DNA from: Lingula anatina | Lineage: Eukaryota > Animalia > Brachiopoda | Direction: 5' to 3' | Assembly (NCBI GenBank): GCA_051362555.1 | Contig: CM120645.1 | Coordinates: forward strand, 19,592,001-19,656,000 | DNA: 64,000 nt | Shown here: positions 1 through 12,583 of the stretch, piece after piece | Numbering within the stretch: position 1 is the first letter of the stretch | Layout of the letters: each line of letters opens with the position of its first letter | The notes under the pieces: generated by a model | The model's input: only the letters and a program-made list of their open reading frames with translations | Database searches by the model: none | Told to the model about the DNA's origin: nothing | Program-made: the position numbers and the translations under genes

Positions 1-3
1 CAG

Positions 4-3000
4 ATTCCAGATGGCCTGGGCAAGTCTGTGGGGATGTGTATTTGGAGCCACCCAGGGAACGACGTCACAGGGATAATTAGTCGTTCCGAGAAGTTGGTGA
101 GAACGTCAGAAAAGGTAATGACAAGAGTATTGCCGATGGCTCAGAGAATAAAATTGGCATAGTGACTATATATTATCTTACTGGTTTTTAATTTTATTTA
201 CTTAAATAAGGTACAAAAACTGTAACACTTTTTTGATGCGATGGGGAAGTTACTTCAATCACGCCCGTTATAGGACTTATGTTATGATAATTATCTTAAA
301 CCCCCTTTTACATTGGACGGCGTCCTTTCTACGTTCTTCGTGCGACCATGAAAACTGACATCGCTGTGGTCGTAGAAAGGAGGCACAAGTACCGTTTTGG
401 TTGCAAAATGAATTCTCTGTGATGGGCTAGTTGTCAGCACGTAAAGTTTTTTTTTACCCTAAACAGGACCGTACTAAGGAACGCAGGCTTTAGCCTGTGT
501 AGATACATTGTGAATAAAAAAATCACATTGCATGCCCCTGTAAATGTTTATTATACTGTTGACGATACTATGCACTTTCAGCTAATAGGACACGGTGAGA
601 TCTACCATTATCACACCAAGCTGCCCATCAAGGAGCCAAACACAGGGGGAAGTTTCAGATGGCATCAAGATTATGGGTGATTATGTACAATACACTGTAT
701 ATATATCCCAATCTGAATGACCAAAGGTCCTTTAATGTATATTCCTCCTGTATATCCAGTCAAGGATCAGACTTTGCATCGTCTAGATTATTCAAATAAA
801 TTCTACTACTCGTACGGGACGTACCAGATTTGAAATCCTTATTTTTTAATTTAATCTCCAAGTGAGAGAGAGAGATTGGGAGAGAGAGAGAGAGCGGGGA
901 TAGTTAAAAAACATAAAATGTAAAAAATACAACAATTCAATCTTATTTTAATTTAAACAGGTACTGGTATCAGAACGGAAACCTATTTCCAGACCATCTT
1001 AATACTGTGTATATTGCTTACGATAAGAATGACCGCGAGAATGGCTGCATGCAGGTGAGAGGACATTTCGCCCAATCTCGTGTAATTTCATTTTTCAAGT
1101 TCCGAAAAATATGCTGACTTGATTTGTCTCGGGGTCATTATATAGATTTGATAGGTTCTACTGTGTTTTGCAACAACAACAACAAAAAAACAAAACAAAC
1201 AAAAAACAGTGTGTTAGCGATATTAGTAATGATGACTTTATTCACAATTCATTGAGTAGGGCCTATAAACTTAACCTGTCAGATTCTTGGTACACTTTGA
1301 TATTTTTCACCTTATATCTATTGTGTCATGAGGTAATGCTATTGGTATTTTTAAGGAAAATAGTTCGTATTTTTTAACGACACGTTCGCTTCTTGAAACA
1401 TACCGCTGCTCCGAGCTGTGGGAGTGGAGGAGAAAAAGACCTATGTACATGTACCTGTGTATAATTATCATGTAGGTCCCTTTTTCAATTCACTAGTGTT
1501 TCCTCAATCATTAAAACAGGTTATTTGGACTTTACAGATACTGGTTGCTATGCTACCAAACCACTATTTCGCTCCAAATTTTCAAAAATTTCTCGGGAGA
1601 GTTCACCCAAACCACCACCCCCCCTCCCCGACCCTCCCACCCACCCATCCTTGAGTAGGATAGGTCTTTAAAAGAGAGGAATTAAAATTTCACAAAATTT
1701 ATTTATCTTTTCTGTTATCAAGTTATCAAAACAATTTACAACATAGTAATTATCAAATTATACGTAGGCCTACATGATTATGTGATTTATAAAAAATGGC
1801 ACTTATTCTCTGCACATACAAAAGAAACGTGGTTTTTATCACTAAATTCTATTTAAATGTTTAGAAAATTAGCTTCAATTTTTTGTCTTGGTGAAACTGT
1901 AAGGAAAACTTGAATTAGCATAATTCACTTCTTGATTTTTTTTCAAAATTTATTAAAACTGATGTTTATAGCAGATATTAAATTAATCGTTCTGAGCTGT
2001 TGCAGGCTAGAGTTAAAAAGTCGTCTATATATATTAATAAAGTGGATAGTTTGTTTCATGGAGTCGGCTGTAGAATGGGCTACTTCTAAATGAATCGTGA
2101 AACTTGAGGGAAGTATTGTAGCAGCCGGTGGTTTACAGCAGTCCTCTAGCCATTGTCAACAATATTGCGGACGCTGCTGTTTGCTGTCAGAGGACCCATC
2201 TCAAGCTGTTCTTCCTCCAACACTTCCTATTATGACGAAAAACGCTGCATATAATTAGTCTGTAAACTATACATATATCTATATATTTCAAGCATTGGAT
2301 GTTTACAGAAAAATAAATTCCATCTTTTTTCATTAGATATATTTAGGTTAAAGAGTCGTTAACTTATACATATACAAAGAAGGTTCACAATAAGGAACCA
2401 GCGAGTAATTACTTTATTAGAAACGGTCAGTGTAATAAATCAAGGCTTTACCTGAGCAATGTCTAAAATGGGAGAGGTGACCACATCGGTTGGGAAATTA
2501 TTAACGTAGTAGTCACAGAGCCAACTGCATTAAAAAAAAATGAATATAAAATTATAATAGATATATAGACAAATGAATATAGTGAATGGATGAAAAAAAA
2601 TAGATTAAATACAAAAAATAATAATAAATAAATAAATAAATAAATTTCAGATCTGGCTTAAAAAGTTGTTAGCTATAAGGAGTCTTGCAGTAAGAAAAAC
2701 ATTGATGAAATTCGTACCGATGACTTAAAAGGCCAGTCATGCTGTCAATTCTTTGGTCCACTTCGCTGAAATGAAAAAGAGAGAAACGGTTCGATTTTTG
2801 CTGAAAGTTCAATATGAGACTAAGCAGGGACAATGGAAACTGAAGACAAATGATGTCTACGAGGTTAACATGACTTATTTTGAAAAGTGCACTTATGTAC
2901 TTTTGTGTCTTTAGACAGGCAAATGCTTACGAAGCTAGTGATAGAATTGTTCACGACATTTCATTAAATTATTCATGTAGTTGTATGTCATGACATAGTA

Positions 3001-6000
3001 TTGCCTACCATACTAATCTGTCAATCAGATCCCTGAAGACATGCTCTGTATCTGTGTAGATGATGGTACCTTGGAGGATTTTCAGTCTGGCTTCTGCTCT
3101 GGTCGGCAGTTCAGTCCAAAGTGGGTGTCTAAATAAATCGACCAAAATTTATTGCTGTCTTCCAACACTTCCTACTGTTCTAAAATTCTTAGGTATTTTT
3201 TAGAAAAAATTACTGGCTACATTTTAATTTTCCAGTTCATACCACTAGCAACTCTAAAGAAGGGAGCCGTGTCATTTTGGCTTATATTTCTATCAGAACT
3301 ATTGGCATGAATAACAGTTCTGTCATGATTTACATAGCTGTATCCTTTTCATTACCTTCCCTCCATAAGTTCAAACAACATGACACCCAATGCGTAGAAA
3401 TCGGCTCTCCACGAGGCGGCGCCACCCCTCAGCACCTCTGGTGTCATGTTTTTATAGAGTGTGAAGTTCATAAATTGCACCGCATGGATACTCTCTCCGG
3501 CATCATTTAGAGGGTGAACAGATCCTAGATCACACTGAAAGAAAATAATCCGCATTTAAAATTTGAATAAAAAGGGAATGTGGTTGCCAAAATGAAAGTG
3601 TTGATTACATCCAAAATTTTTTTTTCAAAACAAAACCATATTTTTATCAGTCATAAAATGTATTAATTCAAATTATGACACATCGGTGACACATGAATAA
3701 TCATTTTATGTACGTAAAGAAGCGAGTCTTAGCGAAGAGCGAGACGGTATTCAGGCCCGACCCAGAAACATCAAGGCGAGAAGAGAAAAATAACCTGAAA
3801 AAATCGAACATCTTACCAGTTTAGGGACCCCGTGTAGACTAACCAACACGTTGTTCGTTTTTAAATCAAAATGGGCTACATTCCGTTGGTGCAAGTGCCC
3901 AATAGCCATACAGACGCACGTGGCAATATATTTCACCATCTGAACAGGAACTTCGTCCCTAAGAAATAAATAAATGCAACTGTCAGTATTATATTCAGGT
4001 CAATATTAAAGGAAATAATATTTTGTTGAATAACAAATTTACTGTGAAATAGATATTTTTTATGATCGTACAAGATAAAATCGGAAAAAAATGAAAGTAT
4101 TATTTAAAGAAAAGAAAGTAATATAATTACTTACAGGAAAGTTTCCCAATACTCTTGGAGAATTTCAAGGTCCATCGGACACAATTCCGATAGTAGAACG
4201 GGAAACCCAGGCCTAACATCAAATGAGTGAACGAGTCTGGAACGGAAATTTCTCATATCAGAATGAGTTAAACTAAATCGGGTGGAAGAAATAATTTCAA
4301 TCTGTACATAGTAATTTCTCATTGTATGATAAATAATTGGACATGCGTGTTTCATAGGCATCCAAGCTTACAAATTAACCAACATATTTAATTGTTTGTA
4401 TTCATCTGATAAAATACCTTAAGATAAATTTGCTGTCTATCCTCTTCATAAAAGAAACTTCCTTGTAGATGGACCTTGCATAGGCCTCAGAGGTAGGCAC
4501 CTTCAGTGCTAGGTTGTTTTTAAACTTAACATAAAATATTTCGAACGGTTACTGGGATGTCACTTTCGTAAACAATAATAGCAAAGATAAACTGGTAACA
4601 TTACTACAGGATTAATCACAGTAAACATACATGTATATTGTTCTGCTGCTACTGCTTTAAAATCTTAAACTACAATTACTGTCATGACTGTGTTCTTATG
4701 CTACTACTATTGCTACTCCCTCTATCCCAGTATCACTTTAGTTTATCATGATAAGTTCAATACCTTGTACACTGAACCGAATCCTCCACCTCCCAAAATC
4801 GGAAGCATCGTGTCTTCCTTCCAAAAAAGCGCCCGAACCTTAAACAATGAAGAAAGGGAAAATGATAAAAAATGTACCTAATATTGAAATAGAGACTTTA
4901 ATAAAACGGCCCGATTACTTTGAAAACTAAGCTTTAAAGACGCTCATTTTGATTAATAAGAAACAAAGTTATAAATATCTGTGCGGGGTGAAGTACAGCT
5001 ATATTGATACCAACAGTTCAGTTTTTGATTTTTGTTCTGCTAAAAAGAAATATCTTACCTCGTTTTCGAGTCTGAATATTTCTCTGTGAAAAATATACAT
5101 GTAACTGTATTTCATGCCTAAAAAGGCCAAATGCGACGCAACTATCATCGCGTATATCGTCTATTTTACTCAAAAGAAAATCGCTGTATTCACTTTGCTT
5201 GCGCGCAGCATATCTCCAATAGCTTTTGTGCTACCTGGTAACGTCAGCACGGGCCAATGACGTCACAATATGTTTTACCTTTTAAGGATATATATCTATC
5301 ACGAGAAATACGCATGCGCCTTAAATGGGAAATGGGCGTTTTTTCATGCTAAAATTTATAAGGTTGAAAGTAGGCCTATATTGTTACTGCCCAAAGCAGC
5401 AAATGATTTTGATAAACGCAATATTCTATACCGACTTGTAACTTGCTTACAGGTGAAATACGCCTTCGATTTGAAGAAACATTGAAATTCTCTGTTTAAG
5501 GTAGATCGGTCGTTACATGTTCCAACGTTCGAATTTTTTTATTTTTTATTTTTTTTTTGTTTGAAGAGACACCCAAGTACATTAAAAATTTGCAAAAAAA
5601 ATTGGGGGTCACCGACCAAATAAGAGAACTAGCCCCAAATATGATACACCCTGCATATCGCACTAGTCCCCATTCAAATCAATGGGAAAATGGGTGTTTT
5701 CTCACTAAAGCATTTTTTTTATGACTTTCTGACGTTCGAATTTTTTTTAAATTTTTTTTTGTGTAAAGTGGCCTCCAAGTACATTTAAATTTTACCAAAA
5801 AAATTGGGGGTCACCGACCAAATAAGGGAACTACGCCAAGTTGAAGTGCGCTACACCCTGCGTGACGCACTAGTCCCCATTCAAATCAATGGGGAAATGA
5901 GTGTTTTTCACCAAAACGTTATTTTTTATGATTTTTCTAACGTTTGAATTTAAAAAAAAAAACTTTTTTGTGTAAAGAGGCATCCAAGTAGATTTTAATT

Positions 6001-9000
6001 TTGCCAAAAAAGTTGGGGGTCACCGACCAAATAAGAGAACTACGCCAAGTTGAAGTGCGTTACACCCTGCGTGACGCACTAGTCGGAAGTCCCCATTCAT
6101 ATCATTGGGAAAATGGGTGTTTTTCACTAAATCGTTATTTTTTATGTTTTTTTTGTTTTTTTTTTTTTTTTTTTTTTTTTTAGTGTGTGTGTGTGAAGAG
6201 ACATCTAAGTACATTTAAAACTTTCATTATGTTTAACAGTTGAAGTGAGTATACTCAGCTATTTTCAGATTTGTCAAACTGATGAGAAGGTGTTTACAAG
6301 CCATTAACTTTACAACAAAATTATTGAAGAGAATAATAAGGGAAATGCTCATGCATATGAAAATAGTTTATTGCCGTTGTTATTTATTAATGAATATAAC
6401 ATGAACGTGACATCGTAAACACTGTGTTGTCAAGTAAAATGAAGCGTCTGATACAAAGTATCAAATGCGGCATTCACGTGCTTGCTTGCGGTGCGTTCAG
6501 TACACTTTGTTTACACTGACAAGTCAAGGTCAGAAGTGCACAATTTTTCTGTATAATATAACGCAGTTTCAATTTTGATTAGTGACTTTTCTTCAAGCTG
6601 TAGACCCTATGGTCATTTTCTGAGCATTTGTATAAGCTACGAAATATTTCTCAGTCCAAATTTCTCTAAGTCCAAATGAGTGGCGTTACGACGCACTTCC
6701 GGTTTTCGTCGAAATCTAAACAACAGCAGCACATTCAGGGCGTTTTACCTCAAAATGTACGCAGCCGCTTTGATTGGAATTTACAACACTTATTCTTTAC
6801 ATGACATAGCACCTACGTGCATAATTTGTGAGCTTTAGCTGTCATACATTTTCTAGTGCCAATTCAAATTGGAAAAGGAGCTATTCCGACGATTTCTGTT
6901 GAAGGGCAAGTCTATGAACGTGCTACAGTTGTCGTATGGAATCATAGTCGACAAACGTTGTCGAAAATCTGTATCGATCATACAGAGTTACAGACAAGTT
7001 GATAATGTGTGTTTATCTTATAGATAATTGTTTTATTTCCTAAAATTAATAAAACAGACTGAAGTGTCGTTAGAGACGATTGACGATGCGCTGAAATTGC
7101 GCAAATCGTCAAATTACGTAACGACCGATCTACCTTAAAAGAAAAAAAAAAACATGGGGTTTTTGTTTAAACGGTGCTTTGGTAGGCTTATCATTTTTTA
7201 TTATTTTAATAGACCTAAATGAAAGGGGTCAGGCTAAATATAAACACGTTTGACTTAAAAGTCAATATAGATCAGCAAGATTTGAAATTAATTATGTCGT
7301 GTATATTGAAAAAGAATATCCGAAAGTGTCGAGAATACGGCTACAGAGTGATAGAAGGAGAGTTTATTTTTGCGGGAAATAATGACATGACGTGAATTTC
7401 AAATAATAAAAAGTGCAACTTGACCATTAGGTCTAGATTCTCTGTGAAACACTCTCTGTTGGCTACGGTGCAGTAGGCTTTCATAAGTCAATTAGTCAAT
7501 TGAAGGTTTTTTTTAACAGGGGCCATTTTTACTACCTTGATATCAAATTGAGAATAAGTTATGCAAATCATCAATGTTTAATAAAGTTTTCAAAATTTAT
7601 TAGGGCCTATAGGCCTATTCCGTGAACAATGCTGGCTACTCGACAAATTAGTCATATAGATAATTGTGTTCATTTACAACTAGAAGATATCTTAAAAGCT
7701 CATAAAACAAAGAATTGTAAAAGCCATGAAAAATAAGAATAGCAATGGTTCAACGTAGACCTACATTGTACATTAATTTTATAGATTCCTTGACAATTAT
7801 ATTTTAAGTACAGAAATTTTGGAAAGTATTGCAACCGATTACAGAACGACAAGCAGATCAGCTCCTTTATTTACTGTAGAAACTGCATACACGTCTGTTT
7901 TAATCACTGTCGCGAAAATCGACCGAAGAATGCCACGAAAAAGATATGGCGAGGGGAATTTATAAAACGGTGACAACTCATAGCCAAAATAAGGATGACG
8001 TCCTGACGACCATTCATTATGGAAATTTTCATGCTTTTATCAGCTGTTGCACAATTGTTAGATTTAGCCGCCTGACTAATCTGTCATCGTTTCCCCACTT
8101 ACTTGTAAGTACCGACATTAAGACATAGCAACCAATGCGTTCTAGTTGTGAAGTGAGACCCTTGCGGGTTCTCATGAGCCTTTTTAACCTACCAGGTTTT
8201 CTAATTCTGATTCTGCTGGATACGAATTTTTGTTGGCGCCCCCTATAGCTGATCAACCTACCAGCTTTTCCAATTCTGCTAGACTATGTTTTGTTCTTCC
8301 TAACCATTTGTTCTACTACACTGTAGGTTCTGGTGGGTTCCCACAAGGCCGGACGCCAGAATCATCACAGAGTTGGGGGCCAGAACGGCATTGATGAAGA
8401 ACGAATCGAGCACCTGGCCAAAATTTGTCCATTGAAGTACGTGGAGTTAGAGCCTGGTAAGGGTGTCCTAATCTGAGGACAAATTTATTCACATTATTCA
8501 CACCCACCCACCCACAAACACACACACACACGCACACACACACACGCACACACACACACACACACACGCGCGCGCATGCACACGCGTACATTATGTCAAA
8601 ATCGGTCGGAAAAGAATCAGTTGCAATACTCAAACAGTACTTAAGTGCCAACTACATGTACCTTGTTTATTTCGGTCTTAAAACTAATGTAATTGTCTTG
8701 ACTTTTTTCTTATTTTACATACATCGTCTATTTGCTCACTTTAACTGTACATGTACTGCTTGTGTATTAATTGTTCGTAAAACCTTTTTAACACAATGTT
8801 GCATGGTCGGTTTTACGCATTCAGGTATCTGTCAAGAGACCAGGTTTGACAGACATAATAAAGCCCTTTTATTGAAGTAGTTAAAATTTAAAAACAAACA
8901 TTTATTTCATTTTTGTTTCTTTTGGGAATAAATAGATGCATGTTTTTGGAGCTTTTGGGTATAGCCTTGAATTAGGATGCAGGTCGTCTATTGGGTAACT

Positions 9001-9761
9001 AAGTGAAATGCTGTTGTTTGAGAAATAAATGAGGAACCATAGTCACTTCTCTTACTTATGTAGGTGATGCTTTGATCTTCAACGCCAACTTGATCCATAA
9101 GAGCGACGCCAACAACAGTAACAAGCGGCGGTGGTCGTTCCTCGTTTCTTACAACACCAAGGAAAACAACCCGGTGTACGTTCATCATCATGCCCAGTAT
9201 ACGCCTTTAGATGTGGTACGTCAAGATATTCTGGTCTTTTTTATTTTTAATAAAAATAACCTGGAAAGATTTTGGATAGTTCACGAATATCAAATCTATT
9301 TCATGCTCGCAGTTCGCAAAAGCACTGTTCATTCATTTTAAAATTAAAATTTTTATTGAATTCAAATGAATCCGAATACGCAAGATAACTTTACCGTTTG
9401 TACATTCATGAGGACGGGTAGCAAAGTTACAGGTGTGGATTTGAGGGTTGCACCTGTTTAACTGCTAATTCAAATTAACAAAAAAAAACTTTTATGGTAA
9501 GAATTCAATTGTTCTTAGAGAGGCAAAACGTATTTTTACGTCAGAAAGAGGCAATGGCTCTTTGACACTCCATGACTGACTCGTGATTGACAAACCTTTT
9601 TAACTAACATCATTTCTATGTTGTAGGTTCCTAATTCCGCCATTAAAGCCTGCGCCAACTTCACAGACATGACGGGGAAGGAATTTCTGGACCCGTCCAT
9701 TGACAAGACTGTCATCGCAGATAAAACTAACCCTGTGAAATTACCGAAGACTAGCGACTAA
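4..9761 (+). CDS. PhyH-family Fe(II)/2OG dioxygenase (L-proline trans-4-hydroxylase/ectoine hydroxylase-like), 5'-partial; exons 4-114, 582-676, 961-1054, 8327-8456, 9064-9215, 9627-9761
   Basis: Hand-spliced with GT-AG sites and consistent phases into 238 aa: [23 protein letters not shown]...[33 protein letters not shown]...[15 protein letters not shown]...[30 protein letters not shown]...KTSD*. Contains the HxD...H iron triad (HQD, LIH) and the 2OG-binding Arg of the PhyH fold. The N-terminus lies upstream of the window. Confidence 0.9.
863..893. repeat. (GA)n microsatellite in dioxygenase intron
   Basis: Interrupted gagaga tract seen directly. Confidence 0.8.
2146..5148 (-). CDS. Ser/Thr protein kinase, non-RD (copy 1), about 338 aa, nested antisense in the dioxygenase intron; exons 5148-5059, 4838-4764, 4524-4418, 4236-4135, 3958-3817, 3534-3356, 3128-3009, 2765-2718, 2524-2452, 2226-2146
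   Basis: All ten exons join in phase with GT-AG. Motifs: [11 protein letters not shown] (Gly loop), LALK (beta3 Lys), YKE (alphaC Glu), HFDLKTNN (catalytic loop), CDLG (DFG equivalent), MTPE (APE), ADFYALG (subdomain IX), DQR...HRWL (XI). The first exon and start codon are the least certain part. Confidence 0.88.
5238..5319 (-). promoter_or_regulatory. Putative kinase promoter: perfect CRE TGACGTCA (5258-5265), a CRE half-site, CCAAT and an NRF1-like CGCATGCGC
   Basis: Motif cluster about 90-170 bp upstream of the predicted ATG. The CRE is retained in the five copies whose upstream region is in the window. Motif match only. Confidence 0.4.
5500..7134. mobile_element. Non-autonomous Kolobok-like DNA transposon (1635 bp) with about three ~205-bp internal tandem repeats (5525-6220)
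   Basis: TTAA on both sides (5496-5499, 7135-7138) and a perfect 17-bp TIR GGTAGATCGGTCGTTAC. The empty site gtttaaaagaaa is present in the other units. GG...CC ends with a TTAA TSD fit Kolobok rather than piggyBac (CC...GG). Confidence 0.85.
8499..8588. repeat. (CA)n/(CG)n compound microsatellite after the dioxygenase GSHKAG exon, length-variable in each unit (also about 27415, 41881, 51173, 59090)
   Basis: Seen directly in all five cassettes. Confidence 0.85.
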
Positions 9762-9942
9762 GACCCCATTTCCAGAGATGGGGGTTAACGCTAAATAGCT
9801 GTCAGCCGGGCGGACACGAAAGTTAATTACCCCCTTACAGCTTGTAGTAGGTGGGACGGACATTTAAGCCGGATAATCTGACAGTAATCTAGTGAGACTC
9901 CCCGCGGGGATAGATCGATTTAAAAGCTTTGGGAATACAGCC
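9762..9942. mobile_element. 181-bp MITE-like insertion (PIF/Harbinger-type) at the dioxygenase TAA stop codon
   Basis: TAA at 9759-9761 is duplicated at 9943-9945; the insertion is absent from the other four cassettes (gaataatcctttga). The TIR is imperfect (about 10/16) with G...C ends. Confidence 0.65.
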
Positions 9943-12101
9943 TAATCCTTTGAAGTGAAGAAAAACCAAAATCAAAACGAAGTTAAAAATTGTAAAACAT
10001 TTGACTAAAATTATATGCCAGAATCAGGAGCATAGGCAGTTACTTTTAAAGACTGGAGGGAGGGTTCAAAATAACGAGGGCGACAAAAAATATTTGCTTG
10101 AAATTCAATATCGGTTGACTTAATGTTTTAATGATTTATTTTAATTTTTAACATATAGCTTAAAGAGTTGATAGGCGCAGTGTCCTTCAGACAATGGAAG
10201 AAATATCTGCCAGGTGTTGAGCCAGAGATCTATTGTATTACTGGGAAGATTTCCAGGCATTTTTCTTAACTATTTTAATATTCCGGTGGTTTTCACTCAT
10301 CTTTACGTTGACATAATAGCTGATTGATTTTAAAACTTGGAAGCGGATTCAGAATGCTTAAATAAAGTGTGAAAATGCTTTTCTGTGTACTTTTGCTTAC
10401 AGCAATAAGAAAACGTGGAAAAGGGGTGCTCTAGTGGCGTTGAAGCCGTCCCTGTGTACAGTAGCAGATGATTCCACAATTTTGTTTGATTTTTTAGGTG
10501 CTTAAGATATCCAAGTTGGTGGAAATAAGTTTTAAACAGGTGACTGCAATATCATTTTATTTTTACTAGGCTTTATTTTAACAAGGCAGCAAAGCAAAGC
10601 TGTCAAATGTACAGACAAAAAACAGAATAAAAAGATGCAAAAAAGGTCATTTTGTCAATTTTGATGCAATAATAAATAACGCTTATAATAGTCAGTCAAC
10701 ACTGAAGATGGTCTCAACCCACCCCTTCAATAAGATTACAGTTTTAGGACCATGAGAGTTAAAATTCACATGATGAAAGTCCCAATATATGAAAAATGAT
10801 GACAGTGCATAAAATAATATTACAGCGTGTTTAAAGACATAAATACCAATACAACTGCTTATGTGGAAATACTGAAAATGTGCAGAGCCTCAGGTGGATG
10901 GGAGTTAAAAGTCACATCTTAAAAATGCCAGTGTTGGAGAAAAAATTAAAAAGAAAACAACAAAAATATAATCCCAATGAAGCTGCTATTCACTGCTTCC
11001 TTATTATGGACACTATGTTATCTAGCAGAATGCTTAATTAAGGTGACTGATAGTCAAAGGACCAAAGTCATAGAAACAGAGCCCTGGGCTTATAAGTTTT
11101 TATAAAAAATTAAAACAAACTTCCCAAAAGGCCAATAAAGGACGGGGATTAAGTACAGTGTCCAACGGATGACGCTCTGGCGCCAATTTGAGGGGAAAAA
11201 TGCCGTTTTCGGTATTGGGATTTTCTCTATAACCAAGACAGCTATTCAAGTGATTCAAAAGGCCTCATAAAGTACCCTCTACCAGGGCGACTGAAAGATT
11301 TTTACGGATATTCACAAATATGTCTCTAGCTAGATAGATTGTCATTTTCAACTGAAGTCACCCTGTACAGAAATCCCATGTGGGAGCAATTATCTTTGCC
11401 CGCGCGCAGAGGGCTTTATTCTCGCTCTGCATGAGCTTCGCTTCCCGGCGATGTGCTAACTGCACGTTACGCAACCTGTCTAGGCTCTGCTGTCTGCAAA
11501 AACCAGTCACGTGGTTGGAAGGGGTTTCCCGAAGTAAGCCGTATCCCACAATGCCGTACCGCAGCTTTAAAAAATGGCGGCTATCACGCCCGGTGTTTTC
11601 TCACATAGGCTACTCTGAAGTATTAAATAAACGTACCGGTACGTTAATTAATTTTTCAAATTTCTTCCCATCGGTACGCTCCATTTCCACCCAGTACGCT
11701 TATTAATTTTTCAAAAATCTACCACCCGGTATGTTTATTAAATAGGCCTACCTATCGTACCGGTGGGAAAATATACAAGTACAAGTCAAGTTTTTTATTT
11801 TCTTAAATTTAAATATAATGAGAAGAAATGTCGGTGCAGCTACTGTTCGACATGCGCACTGGAAAGTAGGTCAAGTGGAAGTCGCTCTCTGAACACTACG
11901 ATACATGCGTCATCTGATTTCAGTTCCTATAAATAGACGTACTTTCCCCTCAACAGTGACAACTACTCATGTATATCGATCGAATGATGTAATGTCGCAA
12001 GGTGATAGGATCATATTTATAGCTAAGAAGGTCATTTCAAGTGCAGCAAAGAAGTTGTGTCTGTTTTCAAACGTCAATTATTTCATGCCGATTTATGATA
12101 T

Positions 12102-12563
12102 TGTAAGATTTGCTGTGTTTGTTGTGTTAGCTAGGATTGTGTTCGGTGTGAATCGTGTATGTTCGTATGTGTACGTGGAGGTCAAGGGTTGAAAGACCGC
12201 GCCCCATAAAATTTGATTTCCACCTGAGAGTCGGACGGAGATGCAGGTTGAATAACTGAAATAGGTATTCCAGTGAGCTTGCAGGTAAGTTTAACTATAT
12301 TTAATAAAGGACCAATCCATAGTTTAAATTCACACATTTCTAAATTTATATATTTATTTTTATGGTGTTTTTGGCATTGTTATATTTGTATTTCTTTGCT
12401 CTGTCTTTCTTGTCTTTCGTCAGTGTAAATTTTGTTAATGTAATTGTTTAAAATTAATTTGTTTATATTAATCTTGCAGATATTTGGAGATATTTGGAGA
12501 TATTTGCAGATATTTGTACAATAACAATAAAGAAACATCAACCCGAGCTATCGGTCTGTTACA
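12102..12563 (+). repeat. 5' LTR (462 bp)
   Basis: TGTAAGATTTG...CTGTTACA; only one substitution seen relative to the 3' LTR. Confidence 0.96.
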
Positions 12564-12565
12564 TT

Positions 12566-12583
12566 TGGCGCCCGAACAGGGAC
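12566..12583 (+). promoter_or_regulatory. Primer-binding site complementary to tRNA-Lys3(UUU)
   Basis: TGGCGCCCGAACAGGGAC, 2 nt after the LTR, is the known 18-nt tRNA-Lys3 PBS. Confidence 0.92.

Noticed and set aside
298-500. Inverted repeat (cctttctacg...cgtagaaagg) in the first intron, possible MITE or structured RNA
   Set aside because: No convincing terminal TIR/TSD pair and no sister copy in the window to test it against.
3277-3510. Recurrent small ORFs (MAYISIRT..., MYNYHVGP..., MQSLRWMG..., MMMNVHRV...) conserved across units
   Set aside because: They are antisense shadows of real exons or chance intron/flank ORFs that recur only because the DNA is duplicated.
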